Under the pieces are notes generated by a model. The model was given only the letters and a program-made list of their open reading frames with translations, did no database searches and was not told the DNA's origin. The position numbers and the translations under genes are program-made. This document shows, piece after piece, positions 59,885 through 64,000 of a DNA stretch of 64,000 bases (positions are counted from its first letter, which is position 1; the number at the start of each line of letters is the position of its first letter). The DNA is from Phoronis australis. Lineage: Eukaryota > Animalia > Phoronida. The stretch spans positions 438,407-502,406 of the forward strand of contig NMRA01000327.1 in assembly GCA_002633005.1 (NCBI GenBank), written 5' to 3'.

Positions 59885-62364
59885 CAGTGGCGGATCTACG
59901 GGGGGGGGGGGCAGGGGGTTTAAACCCCCCCTCGGGCCAGGACCCAAAAATTGGAAAAAAAAACAAAGGCGTCTCCAACAAAACAAAAACGGCACCGCCA
60001 GCGTGTGTAAACCCCAAGTAAACCAACTTGGAAAAAATTGAGGGGGGCTCACTCTGAAAATATAGTTTTTTGCGTTGTGAATTGCCGAGTCTTTGTGGCT
60101 CATTGGCAAAACGCGCTGAAATTTATTGTGCGCGCGCTTCCGTCGACACTTCTGAAGTAGCCAAGCATTTTAGGTGGATTCACCGCTGAAAGAGCAGTTC
60201 TATAGCTGATTTCTTTAGGTAGCTACTAGTTGTCTTGCGCAATATCATAAAGTGTACATGTACATGTAATATTGTGTACATGTACATATAATATTTTTGA
60301 AAAAAGAATCTTTCCGAAGAATTGCTTGCGGGACTCGTGCGATGTTCAATAGGCCTCCTAAGGAGCCCTAGTTCCGACCTCAACACCTACCGTCTGTCTA
60401 CCTGCAATAAGCACACTGCCGTCTTCTATACTGGGAATTTCCGCAGAAAGGCTCACCCGATGAAACGCTAATGCCCATGGGCATTTATTTGATATTAGTA
60501 CTTCGGGTTTCAAGCGTTCAGACATTGGACGTTTATTTCGAAATTTGCAAGAGATGCAAATAGGTCCTGGGATGCTTCGTCGAGGTTTGAAGTAGTCCAT
60601 GATGAACGGATCAAATTTAGTTGCGCATGCAAGTCTTTTGAATGGACTTGGCAACCTCAAGGATCTTAGTGTCATCTGAGCTGCGAAACGAGATGCTGAC
60701 ATTGTAGAGGCTTACAAGCTCATTGACACAGCAGTTGACGAAGTGCAAGCGTTCGGAACAAACATCGAAGATATCTGGGTAGAATGGTTCCAAGACGAGC
60801 AAATCATTGGATCCGATATACAAATTCTTCAGCAGTCTAGATAACAGAAGGATAGGACTAACGTATGAGTAACCACTGGGGATTAAAATTTTAGAGAGAA
60901 GTTTTCAATTCAAATTTTTTTGCATAGTACACTTTAGGTCTCGCGATGGACCAGGCCAGCTTGATTTGTGTAGATGTTGAGTTTCAGTGTACTTCTGGTC
61001 CCCCGGCGAACTAGTCTTGTGATTTTTTTACCAAAATGTGCTTTGTAAAACTATTTATCTCAGCCAGTACTGTTTGGTCCCGCGACAGATCGACTATTTT
61101 ATAGGGATAGTAAGCACAGGTGTACTCTTGGTCTCGTGACGGACCAGNCTTCATATCCAAAATCTTATTTCACGTAGTGCGTAGTTAAATCTGTACCCAA
61201 TACTTGTTTCTTCCAGTGAGTACTACAGAACGATGCGAAAACCCTTCTTAGACAACCTTTCGCAGCAGTTGACCACCAGATGTGTAAACTACACGTATGA
61301 GCAACCACTGGGGATTAAAACGTGTCTAGAGAGAAGTTTCAATTCAAAATATTTTGCAAAGTACGCTTTACTGAGGTCTCACGACGGACCAGGCCAGCTT
61401 GATTTGTGTAGATATCGAGTTTCAGTGTACTTCTAGTCCCTCGGCGAACTAGTCTTGTGATGTTTTTTACCAAAGTGTGCTTTGTAAAACCGTTATTTAT
61501 CTCAGCCAGTACTGTTTGGTCCCGCGACAGATCGACTATTTTTATAGGGATAATAAGCACAGGTGTACTTTTGGTCTCGTGACGAACCAGGCCAGAGTTT
61601 TTGTGTACTCTCAGTGTACATCTGGTCCCTCTACGAACTGCTCCAGTATATCTTTTCACCACGGTGTAGGCCTACAGAGTGTTTTGATTTCGTGAAACTG
61701 TTTTCAAATGATTTGTTTCCTGATAGATTTGACGTTTTTCAATTGTTGTCAACGTGATTCAGCTTAATAAAGTGATACTTAATTGTTTATTGTTGCTTTT
61801 AGTAATAGACTATGAGCTGAGAGCACCATCGTTCGCCACGTTTCCTCGTAACGAGACAGAACACATGTTTATTTCCGGACTAACAGTACAGGTCTTCATT
61901 CTTAAACAGCTTGAGGCTGTCTTGCGATCATCTGATATTCAATTTTTACGCCCCGTGGGTGCTCTTTATGCTCTTCAATGTTTGGTAATTGTCTAAACCC
62001 CTGTATACACACCACACTTTTTCATATGCTAAAAAGGTGTGTGTAAGCAGATGTTCCAACAAAAATTTTGCTGGTGGTGTGACTCATACCCAGATGTGCA
62101 CACGAAACTTATGAGCCAAGTTCGTGACGAAATCGAGAAGTGTTTTTAATTATCTTAAGAAAAACTCCAGGGACACGTTAAGTGCCAGAAACGTACCAGG
62201 ATGCATGGAAATTTCACTGTTTGGCTACAAAAACAAAAAGTTGTCTTACACGGGTAAACCCCCCTCCCGACCTCCGCCCCCCCAGCTCGGCGCCTCGCGC
62301 CTCGGATTCGACCTTTGCGGGAATCCTAAAACCCCCCCTTACTGAAAACGTAGATCCGCCACTG
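59885..62364 (+). mobile_element. Decayed hAT transposon (PRKRIR/Tip100-like transposase remnants), TIR CAGTGGCGGATCTACG, 5-bp TSD ACATG
   Basis: Perfect 16-bp TIRs; remnants DADIVEAYKLIDTAVDEV...IWVEWF (~60690-60800) and EYYRTMRKPFLDNLSQQLTTR (~61215-61280). Confidence 0.8.
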
Positions 62365-64000
62365 ACATGGATTTGATGAATGTATCCTGCTTGATAATTC
62401 ATCAATATTCCCACTCCATATTTTAAAATGCAATGACGTTCTCATTTTTCAGTGTTCGTAAGACATGCGGGCAATTTCGCATTTTAGTATTTTAGTAACC
62501 GGGTGTTGTTTTAGGTATAGGTACACCATTCAGTTTATCTAAAAACCGAATTATCATTCATTTTTGCATGTAAAAGTGTAAAAATTACTCACGAGTTGAA
62601 AAAGTTAGATCTTTTAGTAGTAGTGAACCTTCGACGTAGCAAACCTTCGGAAAGCGAACCAAATGGTGAGTAATAGGCTGCTCCCAATTCCATCGTCACG
62701 TAAGCAACTTTTTAGTAAAACGCAAAATATAACTAGATAAAAAAATTCATCAAGTTATTCTCCGACTAAATATTTCTGTCCAAGTAGGTGTAATCACTCA
62801 TTTAAGCATGCGTGATTTGAAAATTTGGCAGGAAGTAATGCGAGAACGTTTTGGACCATATTGCATCCGAATTGAGTCCCGTTATTTGCGAACAACTGTC
62901 ACAGCATCCTCATCTGGTATTACTAATTCCGCCGTCACATTTCAAAAAAAGAGCTGAGACTCATCGTTGTGTATATAGATTTCCCTTCCCCTAATTAAGC
63001 TGCGTCAACTGAGGGCCTTAATGAAAACTCCACAGTGTCGACGTTTGCAAAGGTTCACCGTTCAAGAAAGTCGAACCGCCCCCTGTCTACGGGCCTGCCA
63101 CAGTGTACAGTGGGCAGGATATTACATTTAACCAACTGTCGTGATCATTAAAATCGTACTACGCTGTCAGTGGTATATTGTACGTAAGCTTTATTAGCTA
63201 ACTTTGAAGACATAAGTAGTTCGTCAGGATCGTAGCCGGGCGTTCAGGTTCTCAACGTTTAGGGTGACCCATCTATAGCTACCTGCTGTTTATCGGACTG
63301 TTCAAAGAAATGAGCCCCTTCTTTGTAAGTTGAACTGACCACAAAACTGCCGGCAGTACTAAAATCATGGGTTTGTCAGGTTTGCTATTAGATGACAACC
63401 TCTCTCGAATATATTTAATGACAGCTGACAATCTTTCATTTTCAGTGAAAAGCATTTTTAGTATAAGACCATTGCGAAGCTAATTGAGGAAATACAAGTA
63501 AAATGACTAAATTCGGCTTGCTCAGGCTGACTCGAAATCCCTGTGGGGTTGCTCGCTCGCACCCATCGCGCTGTGTTACAGTATTTTACGGAAAGAAGTT
63601 ATCTTTGGCTTAAATGAAAAGTTTAGGTCCGATTTCTGAGATGTAGAACCAATACCAGGAAGAGATAACCAGGAAGGGACAACTAGCTAAACCGCCGTTT
63701 TTGGCCTCCTTCCCCGGACTAATTTCAGGACTTAAGTTTCGTTTAAAAGGAAACAGATGACTTTATCAGAGAGATTAAAGCTTTTTCTATAGAAGGATAT
63801 CAAAAAACTCACTTTGCAACCTTAAACAGTGGTGTAATTGTACTTTGAAAATATCGACTTTAGCGCACGCAATCGCAACTTCCCAAACGCAGTCACGGGT
63901 ATTTAAGCTTTTCCGTCGATGTATAGATGGCGCAGTAGTCAAGTACTCCCTCATTTGCATATCAAATTTGCATGTGGGAGTTCTGAGACTCTCGTCAGTT

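Larger units (their letters stand above)
58139..63097 (-). mobile_element. CAGGCCC-family hAT-like element copy B (inverted relative to A), 5-bp TSD CCACA, with nested insertions
   Basis: ccaca|CAGGCCCTTATCC ... CTACGGGCCTG|ccaca; 58139-59884 and 62365-63097 are largely the reverse complement of copy A. Confidence 0.8.

Overview
AT-rich, intron-containing animal (invertebrate bilaterian-like) genomic DNA from a draft assembly (N gaps at 29675-30371, 42142-42315, 54802-55330; single Ns at 8492 and 61148). Three spliced host genes were reconstructed by hand. (1) The last three exons of an unidentified coiled-coil gene (+, ends 6644). (2) A complete 5-exon AP4S1 (-, 14125->7540, 143 aa), containing a 12-nt micro-exon followed by a U12-type minor intron. 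(3) A 13-exon ASPG (asparaginase/60-kDa lysophospholipase with ankyrin repeats; +, 14611-45916), with one expected linker exon not visible. AP4S1 and ASPG are head-to-head, and almost the whole 485-bp spacer is a 406-bp element with perfect 43-bp terminal inverted repeats and a 5-bp flanking direct repeat, a candidate transposon-derived bidirectional promoter. The rest is transposon-rich: a TA-targeting Tc1/mariner-type element, several Helentron-associated (HINE/DINE-1-like) elements with ~150-bp tandem repeats each carrying a CTCF-like motif, a near full-length decayed RTEX/CR1-group LINE, a Tx1-like LINE fragment, a DIRS-type tyrosine recombinase fragment, a perfect 46-bp-stem hairpin MITE, and a nested cluster of hAT-like elements that all show 5-bp rather than 8-bp target duplications. 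No rRNA, intact tRNA or CRISPR array was seen.
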